DNA from: Pseudomonadota bacterium
GTDB lineage: Bacteria > Myxococcota_A > Polyangia > Fen-1088
DNA length: 64,000 nucleotides
NCBI GenBank assembly: GCA_017881315.1
Contig: JADGRB010000001.1
Location: forward strand, 12,564 to 76,563
Reading direction: 5' to 3'
Numbering within the stretch: position 1 is the first letter of the stretch; every line of letters begins with the position of its first letter. Below, piece after piece: positions 30,365-39,475 of the stretch. A program made the translations under genes and the position numbers. The notes beneath the pieces are model-generated. The model was not told the DNA's origin. It made no database searches and saw only the letters and a list, made by a program, of their open reading frames with translations.

Positions 30365-31012
30365 ATGAAGCGGCGACCCTTGCAGTCGGATTTCGAACGC
30401 GAAGCGCTTCCCCACCTGGGCGCGCTCTACGCGGCCGCGCTGCGGATGACGCGCAACGAGAAGGACGCCGAGGATCTGGTCCAGGACGCCTTGCTGCGCG
30501 CCTATCGCTTCTTCGACACCTTTCAGGCCGGCACCAACTGTAAAGCCTGGCTGTTTCGCATCCTCACCAACGTCTTCTGCAACCGCTACCGCGAACGGGA
30601 GCGGGAGCAGGTGGTGCTGTCGGAGGCGGAGTCCTCGCCCGCCAACCTCGAGCAGTTCCTGGGCGGCACCGGCGCCGATGCGCGCGACACCGAGACCGCG
30701 CTTTTGGGACAGATGGTCTCGGCGGATGTCGAGAAGGCGCTGGCCGCTGTGCCGTCCGACTTCCGGATGGCGGTGATCCTGGCCGATCTGGAAGACTTCT
30801 CCTACAAGGAGATCGCCGAGATCATGGACTGCCCGGCCGGTACTGTGATGAGCCGGCTCTTCCGTGGCCGCAAGATCTTACAGGGTCTCCTGCGTGACTA
30901 CGCGGTCGAGCAGGGGATCATCACCCCCGAGACCCCGCCAGGGACCGCCGGGGACGCACCGGTCGATCTGGCGGCTTACCGGCGGCGCCGGGATCGGGGG
31001 GAGGCCTCGTGA
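30365..31012 (+). CDS. ECF (group IV) sigma-70 factor
   Basis: Region 2 [20 protein letters not shown] and [17 protein letters not shown]. Region 4 [38 protein letters not shown]. Confidence 0.85.
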   Translation: MKRRPLQSDFEREALPHLGALYAAALRMTRNEKDAEDLVQDALLRAYRFFDTFQAGTNCKAWLFRILTNVFCNRYREREREQVVLSEAESSPANLEQFLGGTGADARDTETALLGQMVSADVEKALAAVPSDFRMAVILADLEDFSYKEIAEIMDCPAGTVMSRLFRGRKILQGLLRDYAVEQGIITPETPPGTAGDAPVDLAAYRRRRDRGEAS

Positions 31013-31767
31013 TCTGCGCCGAGGTGGATACCTGCGTCCAGACCTACGTCGACGGTGAGCTGGCCGGGGTCGATCGGGAGGTCGTCGAGCGGCACCTGGT
31101 CGGCTGTCCGGCCTGCGCGGGGCGCGTGCGGCTCGAGGCGCGGTTCAAGGCGGCGGTTCGCGCCCACCTCCCGCGACCCGAGGTGCCCTTGGCGTTCCGG
31201 CTGCGCATCGAGAAGTCGCTGGCAACGCAGCCGATCGCGCCACTGCGCTGGCCGTGGCTTTCGTATCCGAGGCTGGTTCCGGCGGCGGCCGCCCTGGTGC
31301 TCTTGGTCGGCATCACCGGTACGGTTCGGGAATCCCAGTCTGGCCTGCTGCAACAGGCTCAGCGCAGCTACCGTGCCGAGATGCCGATGGATATCACCGG
31401 CTCGGATTGTGGGTCGATCGCGTCCTGGTTTCGCGGCCGCCTCGATTTTTCGATGCACGCCCCGGCGCTCGGCGGTGGCGCCACCTGTCAAGGGGGCCGC
31501 CTGGTCAACGTCGGTGAGCGTCCGGCCGCGTACCTCATCTACCGCATGCAGACCGGTCACCGGGTCGCGTTCCTGGTCTTCGATCCGCGCGATCAGTCGT
31601 TCGAGGCCCCCGAGCGCCGGGTGGTCAACGGCCGTGAAATCTACGTCGAGGCCGGCCCCGGCATTTCGACCGCGACCTATCGCGACCGGGGCCTCGGCTA
31701 CGTCGTGACTTCGGACATCGACGAGGACGCGCTGACCCGCCTGGTCACCACCTCTTTCGGCCGCTGA
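31009..31767 (+). CDS. Zinc-binding (ZAS-type) anti-sigma factor with one TM segment
   Basis: HLVGCPAC (Hx3Cx2C) close to the N-terminus. TM helix [21 protein letters not shown] start overlaps the sigma-factor stop (GTGA), typical of sigma/anti-sigma pairs. Confidence 0.7.
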   Translation: MICAEVDTCVQTYVDGELAGVDREVVERHLVGCPACAGRVRLEARFKAAVRAHLPRPEVPLAFRLRIEKSLATQPIAPLRWPWLSYPRLVPAAAALVLLVGITGTVRESQSGLLQQAQRSYRAEMPMDITGSDCGSIASWFRGRLDFSMHAPALGGGATCQGGRLVNVGERPAAYLIYRMQTGHRVAFLVFDPRDQSFEAPERRVVNGREIYVEAGPGISTATYRDRGLGYVVTSDIDEDALTRLVTTSFGR

Positions 31768-31889
31768 GGCCAAAGATTCTGTTAGGATAGGCGGTCCCTC
31801 GCGCGCGGATCAACGGGCATACGCCCGGTGGTCTCCAACGCGTGGGGGTTGGGAACCCCAGCCGGGATTCCCACTTCCCAGGAGGCGAG

Positions 31890-34385
31890 ATGGCCGACCG
31901 AATCGCGCTGTGCATCGAACCCGACGCCGCCACCGCGGATCAGCTCCGCCGGTGGCTCGAGCCGCACGGCTTTGAAGTCAAGAACATCCCCAACGGAGAC
32001 GAGGCGATGGAGTGGGGTCGCACCACGCGACCGGCGGTCATCATCCTCAGCGTCGAGCCCAAGAAGGTGGGCTACGGGATCTGCAACAAGCTCCGCCGCA
32101 GCCCGAGCCTCCGGGAGGTTCCGCTGGTGCTGATCTCGGCCGAAGAGACCCCGGCGACGTTCGAACAACACCGGAAGCTGAAGTCGCGCGCCGACGAGTA
32201 TCTGCTCAAGCCGCTCGACGGCAAGGACCTGCTGGACAAGATCGGCGGGCTGCTCAAGGTGCACCTTCCGGCCGGCGATGACGACGAGGTGCACGAGCTG
32301 GACGCCGATTCGGACATCGTTCTGGCCGAGGACGACGACATCGACATCGTGAGCAGCGCCTCCACCGACAGCGACGAGGAGCAGACGATCGCGGTCGATC
32401 CGAGGAACAGCTACGGCGCCGTGGTCGAGAGCGCGAACCCGCGCGACACCTCCGAGGAGCGCCTCCTGCCCGACGCCAGCCCGCCCTTCGAGGGTGAGAA
32501 GTTCGATCCCGAGACCCAGGCCGCGTTCGCGGCGCTCGAGGCCGGCTCTCCCGAGGGCGGCTCGGCGTCGCAGCACGCGAACGACATGGTGGACTTGCGG
32601 AACCTCTGGACCGACGACGATCTGCCGCCGAACCTGGGGTGGGAGCAGCCGCCCGCCGGCAAGGAGGCGAACCAGGGCTGGACGGGCGACGTGCTGGCCG
32701 CCACCAACGAAGCGGCGCCGGGGGAGTTCGATCCGGATTCCTATCGGACAGGTGAGACGCTCGGTCCGGAGCCGATCATGTCGGATGCCCTGCTCGCCTC
32801 GGCGCTCTCCGGCGCGGGCGAGGCCGAGGTGCCGCCGACACCCGACGAGGTCGAGTTCGAGGACGTCGCGACCGAGGCTGGCGGGCGCTCCATTTCAGAC
32901 TTCGGGCTAGCCGCTGCGGACGACACGCGCGCGCGGGAGGCGGAGGCCCGCAACGTGGAGCTGCAGGCGCGGATTCAGTCGCTCGAAAACGAGCGGCAGA
33001 CGCTGCGCAAGGAGATCGAAGAGGCGCGTGAGCGGTTCACGCAGTCGGCCACCTTCTCCAAGGAACGCGAGTTCCTGGGTCTGCGCGAGATCATCAACAA
33101 GAAGGAGAAGGACATCCTGGATCTGCGCGACGCGCTGGATGCCAAGGAACGGCAGATCCTGGACCACAAGGACAAGATCCGGGAGCTGGAGCGGGCGCGG
33201 CGCGATCTGGAAGAGAGCACCATCGGGTTCGAGCAGAACCTGGTCGCGGCCAACGAGCGGGTCGCGGAGCTGGTGCAGGACCGGGAGAAGTCGGGCGAGC
33301 GCGAGAAGGGATTCAAGGCGCGGCTCGACGACGCGCAGGTGGAGCTGCGCAAGGCACACGACGAGATCGACGCGATCAAGAAGCGCGCCATCCAGGACGA
33401 GGTGCGGGCGCGTTCGGATGCCGATCGGTTGCGCGGCGAGATGGAGACCCGCCTGGCGGAGCTGGAGGAGGCTCACCGGGCCGAGGTCGCGCGCTTCTCC
33501 GACGAGCACGGTCAGGCGCTGGCCTCCGCCGAGGCGGCGCGGCAGACGGAGCTGGCGCGCAACGAGGTCGCGCACCGGGCCGAGGTGGAATCGCTGCAGC
33601 GGCGACTCACCGAGGAGCAGGCCCAGGCCGGAGAGCGGCTGTCGGCCGAGGTGTTCAAGCTCCGCAAGGAGCACGAAAAGGCGATCGCGGCGGCGCGTGA
33701 AGAGCAGGCGATCCAGCTCGCGTCCGAGCGGCAATCCTACGAGGCGCTCACCGAGCAGAAGGAGCGCGACCACCGCAACGAGATCCTGGGGATGCGCCGG
33801 CGGCACGAAGAGGAGGCGACGTCGGCCGAAGAGCGGCGCCAGCGCGATATCGCCGAGCAGGAAGGGCGGCGAATCGCCGAGCTGGAGTCGGCCGAGACCC
33901 GGCGCCGCACCGAGCTGACGACGCGGGACGAGGAGCATCACGTCCGGGTCACCGAGATCGAACGTCGCCACCTGACCGAGAAGACAGACCTGACCGAGAA
34001 GCACCGCGCCGACTACGACCAGGCGCTGGGGCGTGCGGCCCGGGCGGAGGGCGAGCTGGCGGCGCGCGTGCAGGAGATCGAGCAGGCCTACCGCCGGCTG
34101 GCCGGCCTCGAGGCCGACGTCGACGAGGCGCGCGCCGAGCTCGGCAACCGCGAGGTGCGGCTGGCGCAGGGGCGTGACCGGATCGCGGAGCTGGAGGCGA
34201 AGGTCGCCGACTACGAAGATCAGATCGTGCGCGCCTTCCAGCGCATCCGAGCCGACGACAAGACCACCGAGAAGACCCGGCGGGCGCTCTCGGTGGCGTT
34301 GGCCCTTCTCGACGAGCGGGTCAGCGCCCCGCCGCCGGGCCCCGCGCCTCGGGCCGCCCCGGACGACGCCGAGCTCAAGACCTGA
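31890..34385 (+). CDS. FrzS/AglZ-like protein: N-terminal pseudo-receiver domain plus long coiled-coil
   Basis: Receiver fold RIALCIEPD...AVIILSVEPKK...LVLISAEE...EYLLKP, with Ser where the phospho-accepting Asp should be. It is followed by an acidic linker and ~500 aa of heptad-rich coiled-coil (ELQARIQSLENERQTLRKEIEEARE...). RBS GGAGGCGAG precedes the ATG at 31890. Confidence 0.75.
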   Translation: MADRIALCIEPDAATADQLRRWLEPHGFEVKNIPNGDEAMEWGRTTRPAVIILSVEPKKVGYGICNKLRRSPSLREVPLVLISAEETPATFEQHRKLKSRADEYLLKPLDGKDLLDKIGGLLKVHLPAGDDDEVHELDADSDIVLAEDDDIDIVSSASTDSDEEQTIAVDPRNSYGAVVESANPRDTSEERLLPDASPPFEGEKFDPETQAAFAALEAGSPEGGSASQHANDMVDLRNLWTDDDLPPNLGWEQPPAGKEANQGWTGDVLAATNEAAPGEFDPDSYRTGETLGPEPIMSDALLASALSGAGEAEVPPTPDEVEFEDVATEAGGRSISDFGLAAADDTRAREAEARNVELQARIQSLENERQTLRKEIEEARERFTQSATFSKEREFLGLREIINKKEKDILDLRDALDAKERQILDHKDKIRELERARRDLEESTIGFEQNLVAANERVAELVQDREKSGEREKGFKARLDDAQVELRKAHDEIDAIKKRAIQDEVRARSDADRLRGEMETRLAELEEAHRAEVARFSDEHGQALASAEAARQTELARNEVAHRAEVESLQRRLTEEQAQAGERLSAEVFKLRKEHEKAIAAAREEQAIQLASERQSYEALTEQKERDHRNEILGMRRRHEEEATSAEERRQRDIAEQEGRRIAELESAETRRRTELTTRDEEHHVRVTEIERRHLTEKTDLTEKHRADYDQALGRAARAEGELAARVQEIEQAYRRLAGLEADVDEARAELGNREVRLAQGRDRIAELEAKVADYEDQIVRAFQRIRADDKTTEKTRRALSVALALLDERVSAPPPGPAPRAAPDDAELKT

Positions 34386-34394
34386 CGATCTGAC

Positions 34395-34427
34395 GGGGGT
34401 GTGGCTCGCTGCCGCTCGCACACCCCC
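34395..34427 (+). terminator. Hairpin after the frzS-like gene
   Basis: GGGGGTGTG (34395-34403) and CACACCCCC (34419-34427) with a 15-nt loop, 10 nt after the stop at 34383-34385. Confidence 0.4.
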
Positions 34428-34537
34428 GGGCCCCCCTCGCTACGCCCGGCAAAGCCGGGCTACGCTCGCGCTTCGGGTGGGTGTCCGGCGTCCCCGGCGG
34501 GGGGGTACCCGAGGACGCCCGATGCGCCTGGGCGGTT

Positions 34538-34566
34538 GACGTTCAGACGGCGCGCCGTCTAACGTC
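34538..34566. promoter_or_regulatory. 29-bp near-perfect palindrome 12 bp upstream of the pgsA-like start codon (candidate operator or 5'-UTR hairpin)
   Basis: GACGTTCAGACGGCG|CGCCGTCT-AACGTC. The arms are reverse complements except for one missing G. It is preceded by TTGAC. Confidence 0.35.
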
Positions 34567-34578
34567 CCCCCGAGCTCC

Positions 34579-35631
34579 ATGCGCGTCTCGGCGAATCAGG
34601 TCACGGGTCTCCGACTGGTCGCGATGCCGTTCGTGGGCGCCACCCTCTACGGCAGCCTGCGGACCCAGATCGTGGGCGTCATCGTCGGCACGCTGATCGG
34701 TCTCACGGATCTGGTCGACGGTTACCTGGCGCGCAAGCACGGACCGACGGTGCTCGGGTCGCTGCTGGATCCGGTGGCCGACAAGATCTTCATCGTGGTC
34801 TGCTACGGCTGCTTCGTTTCGCGCGGCAGCATCCCCTGGTGGGTGGCCGCCGCGATTTTTTCGCGCGAGCTGCTGGTCACCGTGCTGCGGTCGAGCCTGG
34901 AGCTCGGCGGCCGCCGCCTCCCGAGCTCCGGGATCGCCAAGGCCAAGACCTGGATTCAGATGCTCGGCTTCGCGTTCCTGGTCCTGATTCCGATCGTCGG
35001 CCCCTCCGGCCTGCGGCTGCTGTTTGCGATCCCGCTGGGCTTCGCGCTGCTGGTCGTGGCCATCGGCCGGGTCTTCGCCCGTCGGCGCTGGCGCGGGTTC
35101 GAGATCGCGGCCGCGACGCTGGTCCCGTTCGTGGCGGTGTCGTTCTGGGGCCCGACCGCCGCCCACGTCCTGCTCATGGTCGGGGTGGTGTTCATCACCT
35201 GGTACAGCGCGCTCGACTATCTCGCGGTCGGGCTGCGCTACCTCCGCGGCGCGCTCCCCCAGCGGGGGCTGCACTGGCTGCGTCTGGCCGCCGGCGGCCT
35301 GCTCCCGATCGTCGCGCTCGCCCTGCTGGCGACGGGCCGCGTTTCGACCGTCACCATCATCGTGCTCCTGTCGAGCGTCATGGCGCGCGGCGCCCTCGAC
35401 AACTTCGCCGCCCACCGCGGCGTCGCCGATTTTTCCTGGGCGGCCAGCCTGTGGGCCGAAGCGGCGCTCCTCGCGGCGGCGCTGGTGTTCCCAGCGCCCG
35501 GGAGCGCCCTGGCCCTAGTGGCCGCGCTGATCGGGGTGCTGGAGACCCTGCGCAGCCTGGGCCAGTACCTGCGGGCGCCGACGGCGGAACGCGCCGCCGG
35601 CGCCGCTGCGCCTAGGAGGGCGTTGCCGTAA
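34579..35631 (+). CDS. CDP-alcohol phosphatidyltransferase (PgsA-like) with a ~170-aa extra C-terminal membrane domain
   Basis: Signature DLVDGYLARKHGPTVLGSLLDPVADKI. Six or more additional predicted TM helices follow the ~180-aa catalytic core. Confidence 0.75.
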   Translation: MRVSANQVTGLRLVAMPFVGATLYGSLRTQIVGVIVGTLIGLTDLVDGYLARKHGPTVLGSLLDPVADKIFIVVCYGCFVSRGSIPWWVAAAIFSRELLVTVLRSSLELGGRRLPSSGIAKAKTWIQMLGFAFLVLIPIVGPSGLRLLFAIPLGFALLVVAIGRVFARRRWRGFEIAAATLVPFVAVSFWGPTAAHVLLMVGVVFITWYSALDYLAVGLRYLRGALPQRGLHWLRLAAGGLLPIVALALLATGRVSTVTIIVLLSSVMARGALDNFAAHRGVADFSWAASLWAEAALLAAALVFPAPGSALALVAALIGVLETLRSLGQYLRAPTAERAAGAAAPRRALP

Positions 35632-35684
35632 GGCAACGGTGAGCGAAGCGAACCATGCCCGACGCCGTGCCGCCCGGAGGCGGC

Positions 35685-36839
35685 CTAGCCCCGTTTCTTC
35701 CGTGCGTGGAACGCACTGACGATGCGTTCCGCGGCGACGTAGGTCCGGCTGTAAGCGAGCGGCAGGCGGGCGGGCGCGCCCGCCTGGGCGTCGGCTTCGA
35801 TCGCCTGCTCGACCCGCTTCGCGAAGGCCCGATCGCGGCAGAAGAGGTCGACCTCCTCGTAGTCCCCGTGCGACAGCTGCGTGAAGTTCGCCGAGCCGAG
35901 GTCGACCCATTCGCCGTCGCCCACGATCGCCTTGCCGTGCACCATCCGCGGGTGCAGGACGATGCGCAGGTTTTCGGGGCTGCCGGTCCGGCGCAGGAGC
36001 TCCGCGCAGGTGAAGAGGTTCAGGTCGGCGCCGACGTTGGAGCGCGCCGCGGTCAACATGGTCACCTTCACGCCCCGCTTCACGGCCGCCACCAGAATGT
36101 CGGTGGAGGCGGGGTCGCCCAGGTAGGCCATCTCGATCGTCAGGCGTTCGCGGGCGCTCGCGATGAGGTCGAAGCGCTCCGCCGCCAGGCCCTTCCGATC
36201 CTGGCTGCGCAGGGTGTGCAAGAGGTAGTCGTACGACCGCGTCGGATCGAAGGGCGCCCGCCCTTCGTAGCGATCGGCCAGCCGGGTCGCGGCGCCGCCG
36301 CCGCTGATCTCGACCATGAAGTCGACGTTCGTGTCGCGGAAATCGTCGCCGATTCCCATCCCGCCCAGGATCACCACCTCGTCGTCGAAGACGTAGAGCT
36401 TGGCGTGATCGAAGCGCTTGTTGTCGACGAACTTCACGTTCGGGTGGGCGACCAGGACGTCGGCGAGCGGGCTGGGGCTCTGCCGCAGCGAGCCCCAGCG
36501 GCCGTAGAACGTCATGAGGGCCCAGGTCTGCAAGCGGGCCGGAAGGTCGATCTTCTTGTGAAAGAAGCTCTGCTTGGTCGCCTCCAGGTGCTCGTAATGG
36601 CGGCCGACCCGATCCTTGTAGATGGTCACCGCGACGCCGCGATCGGCGGCGCTCAGCAGCGCGCGCGCCAGGGATTGCCCGGTGTCGTCGTCGCGCCACT
36701 CGAAGCAGCGGAGCATGACGCTGCGCCGGGCCTGGGCGATCCGGCGCAAAATGCGGTCATAGGCGGCCACCCCGTTCGCCAGGAGGTGGAAGCTCGGTGC
36801 AGCCTCCGCACCGGTGACCGGCCATGAAATGAGCGACAC
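35685..36839 (-). CDS. Phospholipase D / cardiolipin-synthase family protein (two HKD motifs)
   Basis: HKD motif 1 HAKLYVFDDEVVILGGMGIGDD. HKD motif 2 HGKAIVGDGEWVDLGSANF. Confidence 0.8.
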   Translation of the reverse strand: MSLISWPVTGAEAAPSFHLLANGVAAYDRILRRIAQARRSVMLRCFEWRDDDTGQSLARALLSAADRGVAVTIYKDRVGRHYEHLEATKQSFFHKKIDLPARLQTWALMTFYGRWGSLRQSPSPLADVLVAHPNVKFVDNKRFDHAKLYVFDDEVVILGGMGIGDDFRDTNVDFMVEISGGGAATRLADRYEGRAPFDPTRSYDYLLHTLRSQDRKGLAAERFDLIASARERLTIEMAYLGDPASTDILVAAVKRGVKVTMLTAARSNVGADLNLFTCAELLRRTGSPENLRIVLHPRMVHGKAIVGDGEWVDLGSANFTQLSHGDYEEVDLFCRDRAFAKRVEQAIEADAQAGAPARLPLAYSRTYVAAERIVSAFHARKKRG

Positions 36840-36895
36840 GGGCGGCGAAATCTAGCTTAGGTGGTGGGTGGCTGCAATGCGGGGTCCCCCGAGGT

Positions 36896-37654
36896 CTAGG
36901 GACGGCTGACCTCGGCGGCCCAGGCGCGGTAGCGGGTGAAGAACGCCCGCCGCTCTTCCGCCCGGAGCGGGATCCAGGCTGTTGCCGCATAGCCGCAGAG
37001 CCAAAAGAAAAGAACGTCGAAGGTGTAGGGCCGCGCCAGGATGAACGCCGCGGGCGGCGTAAAGATGAACCCGGTGATGACCATCCGGACGTACCACTGC
37101 ATGCGCCGGGCCCCCCGGTGGGTCATGTAGGGGATGGGCAGGAGGTTCATCAGGGCGAAGGCCGGAATGAGCAGATCGCCCAGCAAGAACCCGATCTCGC
37201 CTCGAAAGAAGAACCGCGAGAGCACGAAGGTCATCGACGCGTAGCCGCTCACCGTGCGTGGCAGGCCGCAGTACATGAGCGGATCCCCCAGCTTCGCCAC
37301 CGTGAAGAGCGCCTGCCGGACGGTGGCGCAGGTGACGATCACCGCCAGCAGCACGATCCCAGCGGTGGTGTGTCCGCCGCGCGCGTAGACCGCGTAGACC
37401 ACGATCCCCGGCACGATCGCCTGCACGAAGTGGTCGGTCGCGGTGTCGAGCTCGCTGCCGAACTGGTTCGACGTCTTGGTCGCCCGTGCCACCATGCCGT
37501 CGAGGGAGTCACCGAAGATATAGCCCACCATCAAAGCAAAGCCGGCGACCTGGAGCTGGCCGACCAGGACGAAGTGAATCGCCGCCACGCCGCCCAGCAG
37601 GTTGACGAGCGTGAAGAGATCCTTGACCCCGAAGGGACCGATGTTCCAGCGCAT
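36896..37654 (-). CDS. CDP-alcohol phosphatidyltransferase, phosphatidylserine-synthase-like (PssA type)
   Basis: FTLVNLLGGVAAI...GDSLDGMVARATKTSNQFGSELDTATD matches the Bacillus-type PssA/Pcs architecture. About 250 aa. Confidence 0.7.
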   Translation of the reverse strand: MRWNIGPFGVKDLFTLVNLLGGVAAIHFVLVGQLQVAGFALMVGYIFGDSLDGMVARATKTSNQFGSELDTATDHFVQAIVPGIVVYAVYARGGHTTAGIVLLAVIVTCATVRQALFTVAKLGDPLMYCGLPRTVSGYASMTFVLSRFFFRGEIGFLLGDLLIPAFALMNLLPIPYMTHRGARRMQWYVRMVITGFIFTPPAAFILARPYTFDVLFFWLCGYAATAWIPLRAEERRAFFTRYRAWAAEVSRP

Positions 37655-37735
37655 CGCGGCCGAGAGTAACAGGTGCCGCGGGGCAGAAGCCTACGATGGC
37701 GCGCCGGGCCGTCTCGCCTCGACCGCCTGCGATAG

Positions 37736-39475
37736 ATGCACCGGGGTTCCGGTGCTAACCTCGGCGGTCTGCACGTCGTCACGGGGAATACGACCGGGCT
37801 CAAGGCGAGCCAGAAGCATGCCCTCGAGCGCGTCTACCGGCGGCGGTTGCGACCGGGGGAGGTGGCGTCGCCAGAGCTGGCGTCGCTGCTGTGCGGCATC
37901 TCGCGCGAGATCGAGCGTCAGGTGGGAATCCTGGTCGGCCGGCGCGGCGACGTCGAGCATGTCTTCGTGGGCGACGCCTCGCGGATCTACCTGCCCGAGA
38001 TCGGGCGTGTCCGCGCCGGGCGCGGACGCTTCCGGGGCCTGCGCCTCGTGCACACCCACCTGCGCAACGAGCCGCTCACGCGCGACGATCTGGTCGACCT
38101 GGCGCTGCTGCGGCTGGACCTGGTGGCGGCGATCGGCGTGCAGCCCGACGGCCGACCGGCCGATCTCCACGCGGCGCACCTGCTGCCGCCGGTGGAGGGC
38201 AAGCCCACCTCGCCCTGGCAGATCCTTCCCAGCGTCCCGTTCCACCACAGCACGCTGGACGCCGCCGCGCTGATCGGGGCGCTGGAAGAGGAGTTCGATC
38301 GGGTCGCGCCCTCCGCCGTCGCCACCGACAAACGCGATCGCGCGCTGCTGGTCGTCATCGAGATCCGCCAGCGCAGGAGCGGCACGGTCGCCCAACTCAC
38401 GAAGGGAGTCGAGAAGGTCCAGGAGCTCCGGGAGCTCTGTCGAACCGCCGGCGTGGGCGTGATGGGGGTGATCGAGCAGCGCCGTGCCGACGCCGATCCG
38501 AAATACCTGATCGGGCGCGGCAAGCTGGAAGAGGTGCTCATCCGCGCCATGCAGCTCGACGCCAATGTGCTGATCTTCGACCCCGATCTGACGCCGGTGC
38601 AGGCGCACGCGATCGCCGACTTCACCGATCTCAAGGTCATCGATCGGACCATGTTGATCCTGGACATCTTCGCGCAGCGGGCCAAGAGCCGGGACGGCAA
38701 GCTGCAGGTCGAGCTGGCGCAGCTGCGCTATCGGCTGCCCCGCCTGCACGAGAAGAACACCATGATGAGCCGCCTGACCGGCGGCATCGGCGGGCGCGGC
38801 CCCGGCGAGACCAAGCTGGAGGAGAACCGCCGTCGCGCGCGCGAGCGGATCCACCGGCTCGAGAAGGAGATCGACCGCTTCGGCGAGCAGCGCGCCGGCC
38901 GCCGCGCCGAGCGGGTGCGGCGCCGCCTTCCGGTGGTCGCCATCGTCGGCTACACCAACGCCGGCAAGTCGACGCTGCTCAATACCCTCACCAAGAGCGA
39001 GGTGCTGGCGGAGGACAAGCTGTTTGCGACCCTGGATCCGACCACGCGCCGCCTGCGGTTTCCGCACGAGCGGGAGATCATCATCGCCGACACGGTGGGG
39101 TTCATCCGCGACTTGCCGCGCGATCTGGCGCGCGCCTTTCGCGCCACGCTTGAAGAGCTCGACCAGGCGGACCTGCTCCTGCACGTGGTCGATGCCGCCG
39201 ATCCGGCGCACGAGCAGCAGACGGCCGCGGTGGAGGGTATTCTGACCGACCTGGGGCTGGCCGAGACGCCGCGCCTGCTGGTCATGAACAAGATCGATCT
39301 GGTACCGCTCGAAGAACGCGCGCCGCTGGTGCGTCCGGATCGCGGGCTGGCGGTGGTGGCGATCTCCGCCCAGGACCCGGCCTCGACGGCGCCGCTGCTG
39401 GCGGCGATCGAGCTGGCACTCTGGCGCGACGGGCTCGGCGCCAGGCCGGCCGAGCCGGAGGCGCTGCCGCTGTGA
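37736..39475 (+). CDS. hflX: GTPase HflX with a ~190-aa N-terminal extension
   Basis: HflX N-domain ([11 protein letters not shown]...[14 protein letters not shown]...[12 protein letters not shown]), G-domain ([21 protein letters not shown]) and C-terminal domain. The first ~190 residues have no counterpart in E. coli HflX. The exact start is uncertain. Confidence 0.8.
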   Translation: MHRGSGANLGGLHVVTGNTTGLKASQKHALERVYRRRLRPGEVASPELASLLCGISREIERQVGILVGRRGDVEHVFVGDASRIYLPEIGRVRAGRGRFRGLRLVHTHLRNEPLTRDDLVDLALLRLDLVAAIGVQPDGRPADLHAAHLLPPVEGKPTSPWQILPSVPFHHSTLDAAALIGALEEEFDRVAPSAVATDKRDRALLVVIEIRQRRSGTVAQLTKGVEKVQELRELCRTAGVGVMGVIEQRRADADPKYLIGRGKLEEVLIRAMQLDANVLIFDPDLTPVQAHAIADFTDLKVIDRTMLILDIFAQRAKSRDGKLQVELAQLRYRLPRLHEKNTMMSRLTGGIGGRGPGETKLEENRRRARERIHRLEKEIDRFGEQRAGRRAERVRRRLPVVAIVGYTNAGKSTLLNTLTKSEVLAEDKLFATLDPTTRRLRFPHEREIIIADTVGFIRDLPRDLARAFRATLEELDQADLLLHVVDAADPAHEQQTAAVEGILTDLGLAETPRLLVMNKIDLVPLEERAPLVRPDRGLAVVAISAQDPASTAPLLAAIELALWRDGLGARPAEPEALPL

